Positions 16,473-25,531 of a stretch of DNA of 32,164 nucleotides are shown piece after piece. Within the stretch, counting starts at the first letter, position 1; each line of letters begins with the position of its first letter. Source of the stretch: Pseudomonadota bacterium (GTDB lineage Archaea > Thermoplasmatota > SW-10-69-26 > JACQPN01 > JAJPHT01); NCBI GenBank assembly GCA_021325135.1, contig JAJPHT010000024.1, positions 1 through 32,164 on the forward strand, written 5' to 3'. A model generated the notes under the pieces. It saw only the letters and a list, made by a program, of their open reading frames with translations, did no database searches and had not been told where the DNA came from. The translations under genes were made by a program, and so were the position numbers.

Positions 16473-18086
16473 TTACGCCACCTGGATCGCGTACTCCTTG
16501 CCCAGCTCCCCGGGCAGGCCCGCGACGACGACGTGGGGCACGACGTAGAGCGTGCCGCTGGCGGGCATCGTCACGACGGCGCACCACGGGCCGGGCGCGT
16601 GGAAGCTGCCCGTCACCGTCGCGGGGCCGTTGGCGGGGTAATACGCCGTGCCCGCGTAGGACTGGAACGTCGCGTTCGCGTCGGTCGCGTGGCTCACGGA
16701 GTCCGTGTGCAGCGCGGTGTGCGGCGAGGTGAAGAGGCCCTCGCTGCGCCAGCAGAGCGTGACGTTGCTGCCCGCGGCGGCGCTGGCGGGCACGGGGCCC
16801 ACGAGGCTCACGCGCGGCGCCACGAGGATGCTGCGCTCGACGCCGGTGGTCCCGGGGAGCGACGCGCCGGGCATGACGACGTGCGCGACCATGTAGACCG
16901 CGCCGCTCTGGGGCATGGTGAGGTTCGCGCAGAAGGGGCCGGGGAGCGCGAAGCTGCCGTTCAGCGTGGCCGGGCCGTTGTTGGGGTAGATGGCGTTGGG
17001 GTACGCGCTGAACGTCGCGTTGGGGTGGCTCTGCGTGTCCCAGTGGACCGCGGTGTGGACGCTGGTGCCGGTGGCGCCGGGCGTCTCCCAGCAGACGTTG
17101 ACGACGCTGCCCGCGGGAGCGACCTCGGGGAGGTCGCTGGAGAAGTCGACGGCCGGCGGGTTCACGAGGATCACCTGCTCGCCCGAGACCGTGCCGGGGA
17201 GCGCGGCGGTCGAGGTCAGCGCGTGGGCGCGGAAGTAGACCGTCTGGTTGATGGCCTTGATGGCGCCGCAGAAGACGCCGGGGACCTGGAAGTGGCCCGT
17301 CAGCGTCGCGGGCCCGTTGTCGGGATAGACCGCGTTGGCGTAGTCCGAGAAGAGCGTGCTGTTGGGGTGGCTCGCGGGGTCCCAGTGGATGGCGGTGTGG
17401 GCGATGGTGCCCGTGCCTTCGACGCGCCAGCAGACGTTGGCGTCCGCTCCGGCGTCGACCCGCTCGGGGGCCCAGACGACCTCCACGGAGGACACGGTGC
17501 CGTTGGCCAGCGGGTTGCCGGAGATGGCGGAGATGGCAGCCTCGGGCCCGATGACGCCGGGCAGGCCGTTGAAGACGGTGTGGGGCACGACGTAGAGCGT
17601 GCCGTTGAGGGGGATCGAGACGCCCGCGCACCAGACGCCGGGCAGGTCGAACTGCCCCGTGAGGGGGGGCTGGAGGTTCTCAGGGTAGTAGGCATCGCCC
17701 GCGTAGCTCTGGAACGTCGCTCCGGCCTGGCCCGCGTGGCTCACGGTGTCCGTGTGCAGCGCGGTGTGGACCGAGGTGCCGGCGGGCCCGCTGGCCTTCC
17801 AGCACAGGTTGACGACGCTGCCGCCCACGGCCGTGGCGGGGGGCGCGTCGACCCAGCTCACCGTCTGCGACGTGCCGTTGGGCGTCGGGCTGGTGGGCGT
17901 GACGGGGGTCGTGCTCGCCGGCGTGCTGGTGACGGGGGTCGACGAGACGGGGGTGCTGCTCGCCGGGGTCGAGGAGGCGGGCGTCGACGTGGAAGGCGTC
18001 GTGGTGGTCGTGGTGTCGTTGCCCGTGCAGCCCGCCAGCGCCATGGCGGCGACGGCGAGCGCGACGAGGATCGCATGATGCTTCAT
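16473..18086 (-). CDS. Lipoprotein with four tandem His/Cys-motif repeats (putative metal-binding)
   Basis: Lipobox LAGC, Ser/Thr/Pro linker, and four repeats of about 115 aa each with CW...HTAxHxDxxSH...YPxN...FxxPGx(W/F)C...Yxx(P/A)H. Confidence 0.85.
   Translation of the reverse strand: MKHHAILVALAVAAMALAGCTGNDTTTTTTPSTSTPASSTPASSTPVSSTPVTSTPASTTPVTPTSPTPNGTSQTVSWVDAPPATAVGGSVVNLCWKASGPAGTSVHTALHTDTVSHAGQAGATFQSYAGDAYYPENLQPPLTGQFDLPGVWCAGVSIPLNGTLYVVPHTVFNGLPGVIGPEAAISAISGNPLANGTVSSVEVVWAPERVDAGADANVCWRVEGTGTIAHTAIHWDPASHPNSTLFSDYANAVYPDNGPATLTGHFQVPGVFCGAIKAINQTVYFRAHALTSTAALPGTVSGEQVILVNPPAVDFSSDLPEVAPAGSVVNVCWETPGATGTSVHTAVHWDTQSHPNATFSAYPNAIYPNNGPATLNGSFALPGPFCANLTMPQSGAVYMVAHVVMPGASLPGTTGVERSILVAPRVSLVGPVPASAAAGSNVTLCWRSEGLFTSPHTALHTDSVSHATDANATFQSYAGTAYYPANGPATVTGSFHAPGPWCAVVTMPASGTLYVVPHVVVAGLPGELGKEYAIQVA
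17880..18015 (-). repeat. Low-complexity coding repeat (S/T-S/T-T-P-A/V pentapeptides) forming the lipoprotein linker
   Basis: Encodes TTTTTTPSTSTPASSTPASSTPVSSTPVTSTPASTTPVTPTSPTP; degenerate 15-nt periodicity. Confidence 0.7.
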
Positions 18087-18120
18087 GACGCGTACCCGGC
18101 CGGCGCTATCACCGCCCCAG

Positions 18121-18134
18121 GTATATTCGTTTCG
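18121..18134 (-). promoter_or_regulatory. Putative BRE/TATA promoter for the lipoprotein-cupredoxin genes
   Basis: Minus strand CGAAACGAATATAC: BRE-like CGAAA followed by AATATA, 35 nt upstream of ATG 18086. Confidence 0.55.
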
Positions 18135-18222
18135 CCAACTAGGAACGATCGGGTAACCCACGGCTCGTGGGCCTTCCGGCGCGCCCGCAACGTTGATCAG
18201 AGGGGCCGTCGTCGCCCGACCC

Positions 18223-18285
18223 ATGCGCGTCCCCGCCCTCGCGTGCCGGAGGGGTTGTCATCACCGCTCCGTCGTCCTCGCCTAG
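18223..18285 (+). CDS. Putative his operon leader peptide (20 aa, MRVPALACRRGCHHRSVVLA)
   Basis: ATG 18223 to TAG 18285 with tandem His codons CAT CAC, ending 24 nt before the hisG start. TATA-like GTTGAT about 25 nt upstream. Confidence 0.5.
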   Translation: MRVPALACRRGCHHRSVVLA

Positions 18286-18309
18286 GGCTGCCGCGCGGAG
18301 GCTTTTCCC

Positions 18310-19176
18310 GTGCTGAAGATCGCCGTCCCCAACAAGGGGCGCCTGAGCGAAGCGACCCTCGACCTCTTCCGCAAGGCCGGCATGAAGGTGGAGTCGAGCC
18401 CGGAGCGCAAGCTCTACGCGACGGCGCTGGACCGCACCGTGCAGATCCTCTTCGTGCGCGCGACCGACATCCCCGAGTTCGTGGCCGACGGCGTCGCGCA
18501 CCTGGGCGTCACGGGGAAGGACATCCTGGAGGAGCAGCGCAAGTCCGTGCGCGAGATCCTGGACCTCCAGTACGGCTACTGCCGGCTGGTGGTGGCGGTC
18601 CCCGAGGGGAGCCCCATCCGCGACGCCAAGGACGTACCCGACGGCGCGCGCGTCGCCTCCTCCTTCCCCAACCTCACGCACCGCTTCTTCTCCGACGCGG
18701 GCCGGCACGTCAAGGTCGTCGAGGTGAGCGGCGCCACCGAGATCACGCCCCACATCGGCGTCGCGGACCTCATCGTCGACCTCACGAGCAGCGGCAGCAC
18801 GCTGGCCATGAACAACCTGCGCGAGGTGGCGACCATCGTCCACAGCACGGCGCGCGTCGTCGCCAACGAGGCCGCCCTCTGGGACGCCCGCCGCCGGCCG
18901 CAGATCGACGCCATCCTCGCCTCGCTGGAGAGCGTGGTCAATGCTCGCGGCAAGCGCTACCTCATGGCGAACGTCCCCAAGGCCAAGCTCGACGAGGTGC
19001 GCCGCATCCTGCCGGGCATCAGCGGCCCCACCATCATGGACATCCTCAGCCACCCGGAGCTCGTGGCCGCGCACGCCGTCGTGGACGAAGGGGCCCTCTT
19101 CGAGATCGTCAACAAGCTCAAGGCCGTCGGCGCGACCGGCATCCTGGTGCTCCCCATCGAGAGGCTCGTGGCATGA
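18310..19176 (+). CDS. hisG: ATP phosphoribosyltransferase (long form)
   Basis: LKIAVPNKGRL, VRATDIPEFVADG, GATEITPHIGVADLIVDLTSSGSTL, C-terminal regulatory domain (LPGISGPTI). GGAGG SD at 18297-18301. Confidence 0.97.
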   Translation: MLKIAVPNKGRLSEATLDLFRKAGMKVESSPERKLYATALDRTVQILFVRATDIPEFVADGVAHLGVTGKDILEEQRKSVREILDLQYGYCRLVVAVPEGSPIRDAKDVPDGARVASSFPNLTHRFFSDAGRHVKVVEVSGATEITPHIGVADLIVDLTSSGSTLAMNNLREVATIVHSTARVVANEAALWDARRRPQIDAILASLESVVNARGKRYLMANVPKAKLDEVRRILPGISGPTIMDILSHPELVAAHAVVDEGALFEIVNKLKAVGATGILVLPIERLVA

Positions 19177-20456
19177 GGCTCCTCGCCACGGGCCCCCTCA
19201 GGATGCTATCACCCGGCCTGCGCCAGAAGGTGCTGGAGCGCGGCGGGCTGGAGCCCGAGGTCGCGCGGGACGTGGGCGAGATCGCCCGCGCCGTGCGCGA
19301 GCGGGGGGACGCCGCGCTGCGGGAGCTGACCGAGCGCTTCGACGGCGCCAGGCTCGCCACGCTGGAGGTGCCCCGCGCCGAGTGGAGCGCCGCCCTCGCG
19401 CGGCTGCCCCGCGACGTGCAGGAGGCCCTCCGCGCCGCGCACGCCAACGTCGAGCGCTTCCACCGCGCGCTCCTGCCGAAGCCCGTCGAGGTCGAGGTCG
19501 CGCCCGGCCTGCGCGCGGGCCGCCGCGTGCTCCCCCTGGGGCGCGTGGGCGCCTACGTGCCCGGAGGCCGCGCCGCGTACCCCAGCACCGTGATCATGAC
19601 CGCGACGCCCGCCAAGGTCGCCGGCGTGCGCGAGGTCGTCGTCGCCACGCCGCCCGGCAAGGACGGCAAGGTCCCCGACGCCACGCTGGCCGCCTGCGCC
19701 GTCGCGGGCGTCGACCGCGTCTTCGCCGTGGGCGGGGCGCAGGCCGTCTTCGCGCTGGCCTTCGGCACCGACAGCATCCCCCGGGTGGACAAGATCGTGG
19801 GCCCGGGCAACGCCTGGGTCGCCGCCGCCAAGGCCGCGGTGGCCGGGCTCGTCGCCATCGACTCCCCCGCCGGGCCCAGCGAGGTGCTCGTGCTGGCGGA
19901 CGAGGCGGCGGACCCCGAGTGGATCGCCCGCGAGATGCTGGCCCAGGCGGAGCACGACCCCCGCGCCGCGTGCGTCGCCCTCGTCCCGACGCCCGCCCTC
20001 GCCGCGGCGGTGGAGAAGGAGATGGAGCGCGCGCTGGGCCCGCGCCGCGACGTCGTCGAGGCGAGCCTGGCCCGCGCCGGGGCCGTCCTCGTCGCGCAGG
20101 GGGAGGAGGCGCGCGCCTTCGCGGACGCCTACGCGCCCGAGCACCTGGTGGTCCTCACCCGCGAGCCGCGCGCGACGCTGGATTCGCTGTCGAACTACGG
20201 CAGCGCATTCCTGGGCCCCTGGAGCAGCGTGGCGCTGGGCGACTACTGCACCGGGCCCAACCACGTGCTCCCCACGATGGGCCTGGCGCGCGGCTTCAGC
20301 GGCCTCTCGGTGGACGACTTCCTGCGCCGCCCCACGCACCAGGAGGCCTCCCGCGACGCGCTGCGCGCGCTGGCGCCCGTCGCCGAGACGCTGGCCGCCC
20401 TGGAGGGGCTTCCCAACCACGCGGCCGCGCTGCGCGCCCGGAGGGAGCGCGAATGA
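19173..20456 (+). CDS. hisD: Histidinol dehydrogenase
   Basis: [70 protein letters not shown] overlap with hisG. Confidence 0.97.
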   Translation: MRLLATGPLRMLSPGLRQKVLERGGLEPEVARDVGEIARAVRERGDAALRELTERFDGARLATLEVPRAEWSAALARLPRDVQEALRAAHANVERFHRALLPKPVEVEVAPGLRAGRRVLPLGRVGAYVPGGRAAYPSTVIMTATPAKVAGVREVVVATPPGKDGKVPDATLAACAVAGVDRVFAVGGAQAVFALAFGTDSIPRVDKIVGPGNAWVAAAKAAVAGLVAIDSPAGPSEVLVLADEAADPEWIAREMLAQAEHDPRAACVALVPTPALAAAVEKEMERALGPRRDVVEASLARAGAVLVAQGEEARAFADAYAPEHLVVLTREPRATLDSLSNYGSAFLGPWSSVALGDYCTGPNHVLPTMGLARGFSGLSVDDFLRRPTHQEASRDALRALAPVAETLAALEGLPNHAAALRARRERE

Positions 20457-21508
20457 GCCGCTTCGCGCGCCCCGAGGTGCAGCGCCTGCACGCCTACGAG
20501 GAGGAGGCCGGCGGCGGCCTCAACCTCATGGCGAACACGAACCTCTTCGGGGCGAATCCTGCCATCGAGGCCGCGCTGGTGCGCATGAAGGGGGGCCGCT
20601 TCAGCGAGTACCCCTCCCTCACCAGCGTCGTGCTGCGCAACGCGCTGGGCAAGAAGCTCGACGTGGACCCCGCGTGCGTCGTCACGGGCAACGGCAGCAA
20701 CGACCTCATCGACGTGCTCTGCCGCACGTTCCTCTCGCCGGGCGACCGCGTCGCGTACCACTGGCCCTGCTTCAGCATGATCCCCGTCTTCCTGCGGCTC
20801 AACCACGGCGTGCCCGCCAGCGTCCCCCTGGGCCCCGACTGGTCGCTGGACCCGGACGCCCTCATCGCGGCCGACGGCAAGGTCACCTTCGTCGTGCGCC
20901 CCAACAACCCCACGGGCAACGCCTTCCCGCGACGCGACGTGGAGCGCATCGTGGAGGAGTCGCGCGGCCTCGTGGTCGTGGACGAGGCCTACGTCGAGTT
21001 CCTGGGCGGAGAGAGCTTCGTCACGGAGGTGCGCGAGGGGCGCGACAACCTCGTCGTCCTACGCACGTTCAGCAAGGCCCACGGCATGGCGGGCCTGCGC
21101 GTGGGCTACAGCGTGAGCCACCCCTCCCTCGCCGAGGAGATGACCAAGGTGCGCGGCCCCTTCCGCCTGGACACGCTGGCCGAGACGGCGGCCACCATCG
21201 CGCTGGCGGACGACCGCTATCTCGAAGGCGTCGTGGAGGGCGTGCGCGCCGAGCGCCCCAACCTCAAGCGCCTCCTGGAGGAGAAGGGGTTCACGGTCTT
21301 CCGCAGCGACGCGAACTTCCTGCTGGCGAAGCCCCCCGTGGACCCCAAGCGCCTCGCCGCCGCGCTGGCCGGGCAGGGCGTCCACGTGCGCGACTTCGCG
21401 GGGGACCTCGCGCCCTACGTCCGCATCACCGTGGGCCCGCCCTCCGCCACCGCCCGCCTCCGCGTCGCGCTGGACGAGGCGCTGCCCAAGCTCATGGGGG
21501 GCTCCTGA
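20453..21508 (+). CDS. hisC: Histidinol-phosphate aminotransferase
   Basis: GNGSNDLI, PNNPTG, VVDEAYVEF, LRTFSKAHGMAGLRVGY. ATGA overlap with hisD. Confidence 0.96.
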   Translation: MSRFARPEVQRLHAYEEEAGGGLNLMANTNLFGANPAIEAALVRMKGGRFSEYPSLTSVVLRNALGKKLDVDPACVVTGNGSNDLIDVLCRTFLSPGDRVAYHWPCFSMIPVFLRLNHGVPASVPLGPDWSLDPDALIAADGKVTFVVRPNNPTGNAFPRRDVERIVEESRGLVVVDEAYVEFLGGESFVTEVREGRDNLVVLRTFSKAHGMAGLRVGYSVSHPSLAEEMTKVRGPFRLDTLAETAATIALADDRYLEGVVEGVRAERPNLKRLLEEKGFTVFRSDANFLLAKPPVDPKRLAAALAGQGVHVRDFAGDLAPYVRITVGPPSATARLRVALDEALPKLMGGS

Positions 21509-22113
21509 TGGAGGTCGCCATCCTGGACTACGGCGTGGGCAACCTGCACAGCATCCGCAAGGCGCTGGAGCGCGAGGGCGCCACGCCCCGCCTCGTCTCG
21601 GAGCCCAAGGCCGTCCTCGACGCGCCCGCCATCGTCCTCCCCGGGGTGGGCGCCTTCGGGGACGCCGCGGCCAAGCTGCTGCCCTACCGCGACGCGCTCT
21701 TCGAGGCGCTCGACGCCGGCAAGCCGCTGCTGGGCGTCTGCCTGGGGATGCAGCTCCTCTTCGAGCGCAGCGAGGAGAGCCCCGGCGCGCGGGGCCTGGG
21801 CTACGTCCGCGGCGAGGTGCGCCGCCTGCGCCACGAGAAGCTCCCCCAGATCGGGTGGAACGTCCTCAACCACGTGGAGGGCGAGCCGCTCTTCGCGGGG
21901 CTGCCCGACGGCGCGCACGTCTACTACGTGAACAGCTTCGCCTGCGCGCCGCACGAGCCCGTCACGGTCGCGACCAGCACCTACGGCGACACCTTCACCG
22001 CCGCCATCCGAAAGCGCCATGCCTGGGGCGTCCAGTTCCATCCCGAGAAGTCCGGCGAGGCCGGGCTGCGGATGATCCGCAACTTCGTAGCGTTCGCCAA
22101 GGAGACCGCCTGA
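21508..22113 (+). CDS. hisH: Imidazole glycerol phosphate synthase glutaminase subunit
   Basis: ILDYGVGNLHS, LPGVGAF, GVCLGMQLL, PQIGWN, QFHPEKS. TGATG coupling to hisC. Confidence 0.97.
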   Translation: MEVAILDYGVGNLHSIRKALEREGATPRLVSEPKAVLDAPAIVLPGVGAFGDAAAKLLPYRDALFEALDAGKPLLGVCLGMQLLFERSEESPGARGLGYVRGEVRRLRHEKLPQIGWNVLNHVEGEPLFAGLPDGAHVYYVNSFACAPHEPVTVATSTYGDTFTAAIRKRHAWGVQFHPEKSGEAGLRMIRNFVAFAKETA

Positions 22114-22114
22114 C

Positions 22115-22840
22115 ATGGAAGTGATCCCGGCCATCGACATCCGCAACGGCGCGTGCGTCCAGCTCGTCGGGGGCGACATCACCAAGGAGAAGGTGCACAT
22201 CGACGACCCCGTCGCGCAGGCGCGGAGGTTCATCGACATGGGCGCCAAGTGGATCCACATCGTGGACCTCGACCGCGCGCTGGGCACCGGCAACAACATG
22301 CAGGTCATCCGCCGCATCATGGAGGTCCCCGGGGCCCGCTACCAGGTGGGCGGCGGCATCCGCTTCACCGAGGACATCGACGACCTGCTCGCCGCCAACG
22401 CGGCCCGCGTCGTCGTGGGCACCCGCGCCGTGACCGACGAGAAGTGGTTCGCCCACGTCTGCGAGCGCTACGGCGGCCGCGTCTTCGCCGCGGTGGACGC
22501 GCGCGGCGACGAGATCCTCATCAAGGGGTGGACCGAGAGCAGCGGCAAGAAGCTCCTCCCCTGGGCCAAGGAGGCCGACAAGCTGGGCGTGGGGGGCCTC
22601 CTCTACACCGACGTCGCGCTGGAGGGCCGCATGAGCGGCGTCAACGCCACGGCCGTGGAGGCGCTGGCCAAGAGCGTGGACGTCCCCGTGGTGGCCTCCG
22701 GCGGCGTCTCCAGCATGGAGGACCTCCAGGAGCTGTGGGAGGCCCACGCGTGGGGCGTCGTCGTCGGCATGGCCGCCTACACCGGCAAGCTCGACGTGGC
22801 GCACGCCATCCGGCACTTCGCGAGGAAGGGCGGGCGCTGA
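22115..22840 (+). CDS. hisA: ProFAR isomerase
   Basis: VIPAIDIRNGACVQL, HIVDLD, QVGGGIR, VVGTRAV, YTDV..EGRMSG, ASGGVSS. Confidence 0.96.
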   Translation: MEVIPAIDIRNGACVQLVGGDITKEKVHIDDPVAQARRFIDMGAKWIHIVDLDRALGTGNNMQVIRRIMEVPGARYQVGGGIRFTEDIDDLLAANAARVVVGTRAVTDEKWFAHVCERYGGRVFAAVDARGDEILIKGWTESSGKKLLPWAKEADKLGVGGLLYTDVALEGRMSGVNATAVEALAKSVDVPVVASGGVSSMEDLQELWEAHAWGVVVGMAAYTGKLDVAHAIRHFARKGGR

Positions 22841-22854
22841 TGCTCCGCCTCCTC

Positions 22855-22951
22855 CGCCTCTGGCGGGAAAGGACCCGGATCTCCGAATCTCCGGATCGGG
22901 TCCTTGCTGATTCCGAGATTCGGAGATTCGGGGCTCCCCGCGCCGGAGGCG
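22855..22951. repeat. Long imperfect palindrome between hisA and hisB built from 8-nt units
   Basis: Inner arms CCGGATCTCCGAATCTCCGGATC (22875-22897) and GATTCCGAGATTCGGAGATTCGG (22909-22931), 20/23 complementary. Outer stem CGCCTCTGGCG (22855-22865) / CGCCGGAGGCG (22941-22951). Confidence 0.78.
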
Positions 22952-22978
22952 CAGCGGGCCAGCCGAGGGGGACCTGAG

Positions 22979-23575
22979 ATGGAGCGCGAGACCAAGGAGA
23001 CCCTCGTGCGCGCGGACGTGAAGCGCGGCTTGGGCAAGGCGATGGTGTTCTTCGAGGGCCTCCATGCGGGCAGCGAGCCCGGCCACGACCCCGGCAAGGG
23101 GCACGTCTCGGGGCGCGCCACGTTCGCCAAGCACATGCTGGAGACGCTGGCCAAGTGGAGCGGCTACGACGTCGCCCTCCACGTGACGAGCAAGGACGGC
23201 CTGGAGCACCACGCCATCGAGGACGGCGCCATCGTCCTGGGCCGCGCGCTGCGCGCCGCCATCGACGTGGGCGCCATCGAGCGCACGGCCTCGGTGGCCA
23301 TGCCCATGGACGACGCGCTGGTCCTCGTCGCGCTGGACCTCGTGGAGCGCCCCTACTACGAGGGCCCGCTCCCCGACCCCCTCATGGACCACGTCATGCG
23401 GAGCCTCGCCACCGAGGGGGGCTTCACGCTGCACGTCCTCACGCTGCGCGGGCGCGACCCGCACCACGTCGTGGAGGCCGCCTTCAAGGGGCTCGCCCTC
23501 TGCCTGGACCGCGCGACGCGGCCCCGGGCGGACCGGCTCTCCACCAAGGGCGCGGCCGAGGTCCGGACGGGGTAG
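22979..23575 (+). CDS. hisB: Imidazoleglycerol-phosphate dehydratase
   Basis: RETKET, HML, HHAIED, PMDDAL, HHVVEAAFK, STKG. ATG 22979 preceded by GAGGGGG. Confidence 0.93.
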   Translation: MERETKETLVRADVKRGLGKAMVFFEGLHAGSEPGHDPGKGHVSGRATFAKHMLETLAKWSGYDVALHVTSKDGLEHHAIEDGAIVLGRALRAAIDVGAIERTASVAMPMDDALVLVALDLVERPYYEGPLPDPLMDHVMRSLATEGGFTLHVLTLRGRDPHHVVEAAFKGLALCLDRATRPRADRLSTKGAAEVRTG

Positions 23576-23578
23576 GGC

Positions 23579-24076
23579 TCAGCGCGGGATCATGGACGCC
23601 GCGGCCCTCTCCATGCCCGCCAAGTCGGGCTCGCTGAGGCCCAGCTGCTTCATCACGGCCCGCGTGTCGCGGAGGCGCGTCATGGAGCGGATGCGGCCCT
23701 CGGCGTCGAGGGTCGCGAAGAGCGCGCCCAGCGTGTCGACGGTCCTGCCGCGGAGCGGGAGCCTCGTCTGCCCGACGACCACGTCGTCCACGTAGGTCAT
23801 GCGGATCCTCGCGAGGGCGGAGAAGCCGTCGTTCCCCAGGAAGACGTACCTCGGCTCGATCTCCAGGTCCCCGACCGCTCCGAAGCCCCCCGCGACCCCC
23901 GAAAGGCGTCGGATGGCGTCCTTCCCGCGGATGACGGGAAGCTCCCCTTCGGTGCGGATCTCGGCGTCGTCGGCGAAGAAGGCGAGCATGCGGTCCAGGT
24001 CCCGGGACCGGGCGGCGTCCAGGAAGGCGTCGAAGTCGAAGCGCGGGCGCCCGACGGGGCGTGGTGTGGCGGCCAT
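23579..24076 (-). CDS. SnoaL/NTF2-like family protein
   Basis: F.DA...[28 protein letters not shown]...G...ATLDAEGRI...RD...VMKQLGL. Confidence 0.8.
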   Translation of the reverse strand: MAATPRPVGRPRFDFDAFLDAARSRDLDRMLAFFADDAEIRTEGELPVIRGKDAIRRLSGVAGGFGAVGDLEIEPRYVFLGNDGFSALARIRMTYVDDVVVGQTRLPLRGRTVDTLGALFATLDAEGRIRSMTRLRDTRAVMKQLGLSEPDLAGMERAAASMIPR

Positions 24077-24154
24077 GCTCGGCGCGCCGCGCCTCCTGGG
24101 GGATCAAGGCTCTGGCCCTCCCGTCTCAAGTACCCGGACCCGCATCGCGCCGCG

Positions 24155-24919
24155 ATGCTCAAGAAGCGCATCGTCCCCTGCCTCGACGTCAAGGGGGGCC
24201 GCGTCGTGAAGGGCGTCAAGTTCGAGAACCTCCGCGACGTGGGCGACCCCGCCGAGCTGGCGGCTCGCTACTCCGACGAGGGCGCAGACGAGGTGGTGTT
24301 CCTGGACATCGGCGCCTCCAAGGAGGAGCGCCGCACCACGCTGGACGTCGTGCGCCGCACGGCGGAGCGGCTGTTCATCCCGCTCACGGTGGGCGGAGGC
24401 GTGCGCAGCGTCGAGGACGTGCAGGACGCGCTCAACGCGGGCGCCGACAAGGTGAGCATGAACACGGCCGCCGTGCTGCGCCCGGACCTGATCGCCGAGT
24501 GCAGCGAGCGCTTCGGCGCGCAGTGCGTCGTCCTCGCGCTGGACGCCAAGCAGGTCGCCGCGGACCGCTGGGAGGTCTTCACCCACGGCGGCAGCAAGGC
24601 CACGGGCCTCGACGCGGTGGGATGGGCGAAGCGCGCCGTGGAGCTTGGCGCAGGCGAGATCCTCCTCACGAGCATGGACCGCGACGGCACGCGCGCCGGC
24701 TACGACCTCGCGCTCACGCGCGCCGTCGCCGCGGCCGCGAAGGTGCCCGTCGTCGCGTCGGGCGGCGCGGGCTCGCTGGAGCACTTCGCCGAGGTGCTGC
24801 AGCCGGGCTGCGCGGACGCCGCGCTGGCGGCGACGCTCTTCCACGAGCGCGCGCTCACGGTGCGGCAGGTCAAGGAGTTCGTCGCGAAGCGCGGCGTGCG
24901 CGTGCGGGAGGGGCTCTAA
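24155..24919 (+). CDS. hisF: Imidazole glycerol phosphate synthase cyclase subunit
   Basis: [59 protein letters not shown]. Confidence 0.98.
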   Translation: MLKKRIVPCLDVKGGRVVKGVKFENLRDVGDPAELAARYSDEGADEVVFLDIGASKEERRTTLDVVRRTAERLFIPLTVGGGVRSVEDVQDALNAGADKVSMNTAAVLRPDLIAECSERFGAQCVVLALDAKQVAADRWEVFTHGGSKATGLDAVGWAKRAVELGAGEILLTSMDRDGTRAGYDLALTRAVAAAAKVPVVASGGAGSLEHFAEVLQPGCADAALAATLFHERALTVRQVKEFVAKRGVRVREGL

Positions 24920-25528
24920 TTGGATATCGATTGGCAGAAGGGCGGCGGCCTCGTCCCCGTGGTGACGCAGGACGCGGTCACGGGCGACGTGCTGATGCTC
25001 GCCTACGTGGACCGCGAGGCGCTGGAGGCCACCCGGGCCACGGGCTTCATGCACTACCATTCGCGCTCGCGGGGCAAGCTGTGGAAGAAGGGCGAGGAGA
25101 GCGGCCACGTGCAGGAGGTCGTCGCGCTGGAATTGGACTGCGACGGCGACGCCATCCTCGCCAAGGTGCGCCAGACGGGCCCCGCGTGCCACACGGGGGA
25201 GGCGTCCTGCTTCCACAACCGGATGCACGGCTCGGGCGACGTCGTGCTGCGCGAGCTCGTGCGCGTCATGCGCGAGCGCAAGGAGCGCCCCAACCCCGCG
25301 TCGCACACGAGCAAGCTCTTCGCCAGCGAGAACCTCCGCCTCAAGAAGGTCGTCGAGGAGGCGGGCGAGGTCATCATGGCCGCCAAGGACCACGACAAGG
25401 AGCGCCTCGCCGAGGAGGCCGCGGACGAGGTGTTCCACCTCCTGGCGGTGCTGCTGGCCGAGGGCGTCGAGCCGCGCGCGGTGCTTGAGGTGCTGGCGAA
25501 GCGCCGCATGCCGCCCAAGACGGGGTAG
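24920..25528 (+). CDS. hisIE: Bifunctional phosphoribosyl-AMP cyclohydrolase / phosphoribosyl-ATP pyrophosphatase
   Basis: [32 protein letters not shown], then His[15 protein letters not shown]...EAAD..FH. TTG start immediately after the hisF stop. Confidence 0.95.
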   Translation: MDIDWQKGGGLVPVVTQDAVTGDVLMLAYVDREALEATRATGFMHYHSRSRGKLWKKGEESGHVQEVVALELDCDGDAILAKVRQTGPACHTGEASCFHNRMHGSGDVVLRELVRVMRERKERPNPASHTSKLFASENLRLKKVVEEAGEVIMAAKDHDKERLAEEAADEVFHLLAVLLAEGVEPRAVLEVLAKRRMPPKTG

Positions 25529-25531
25529 GCC

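Noticed and set aside
18296-18307. GGAGGCTTTT as an intrinsic terminator of a transcriptional his attenuator
   Set aside because: Only four T residues and the stem overlaps the SD; SD sequestration is the better reading, though weak termination cannot be excluded.
16533-19172. Apparent 880-aa N-terminal extension of HisD (and similar extensions on HisC, HisH, MoaB and the cupredoxin)
   Set aside because: The real genes start at coupled ATGA/TGATG/GTGA junctions or at signal peptides; the extensions overlap other genes out of frame.
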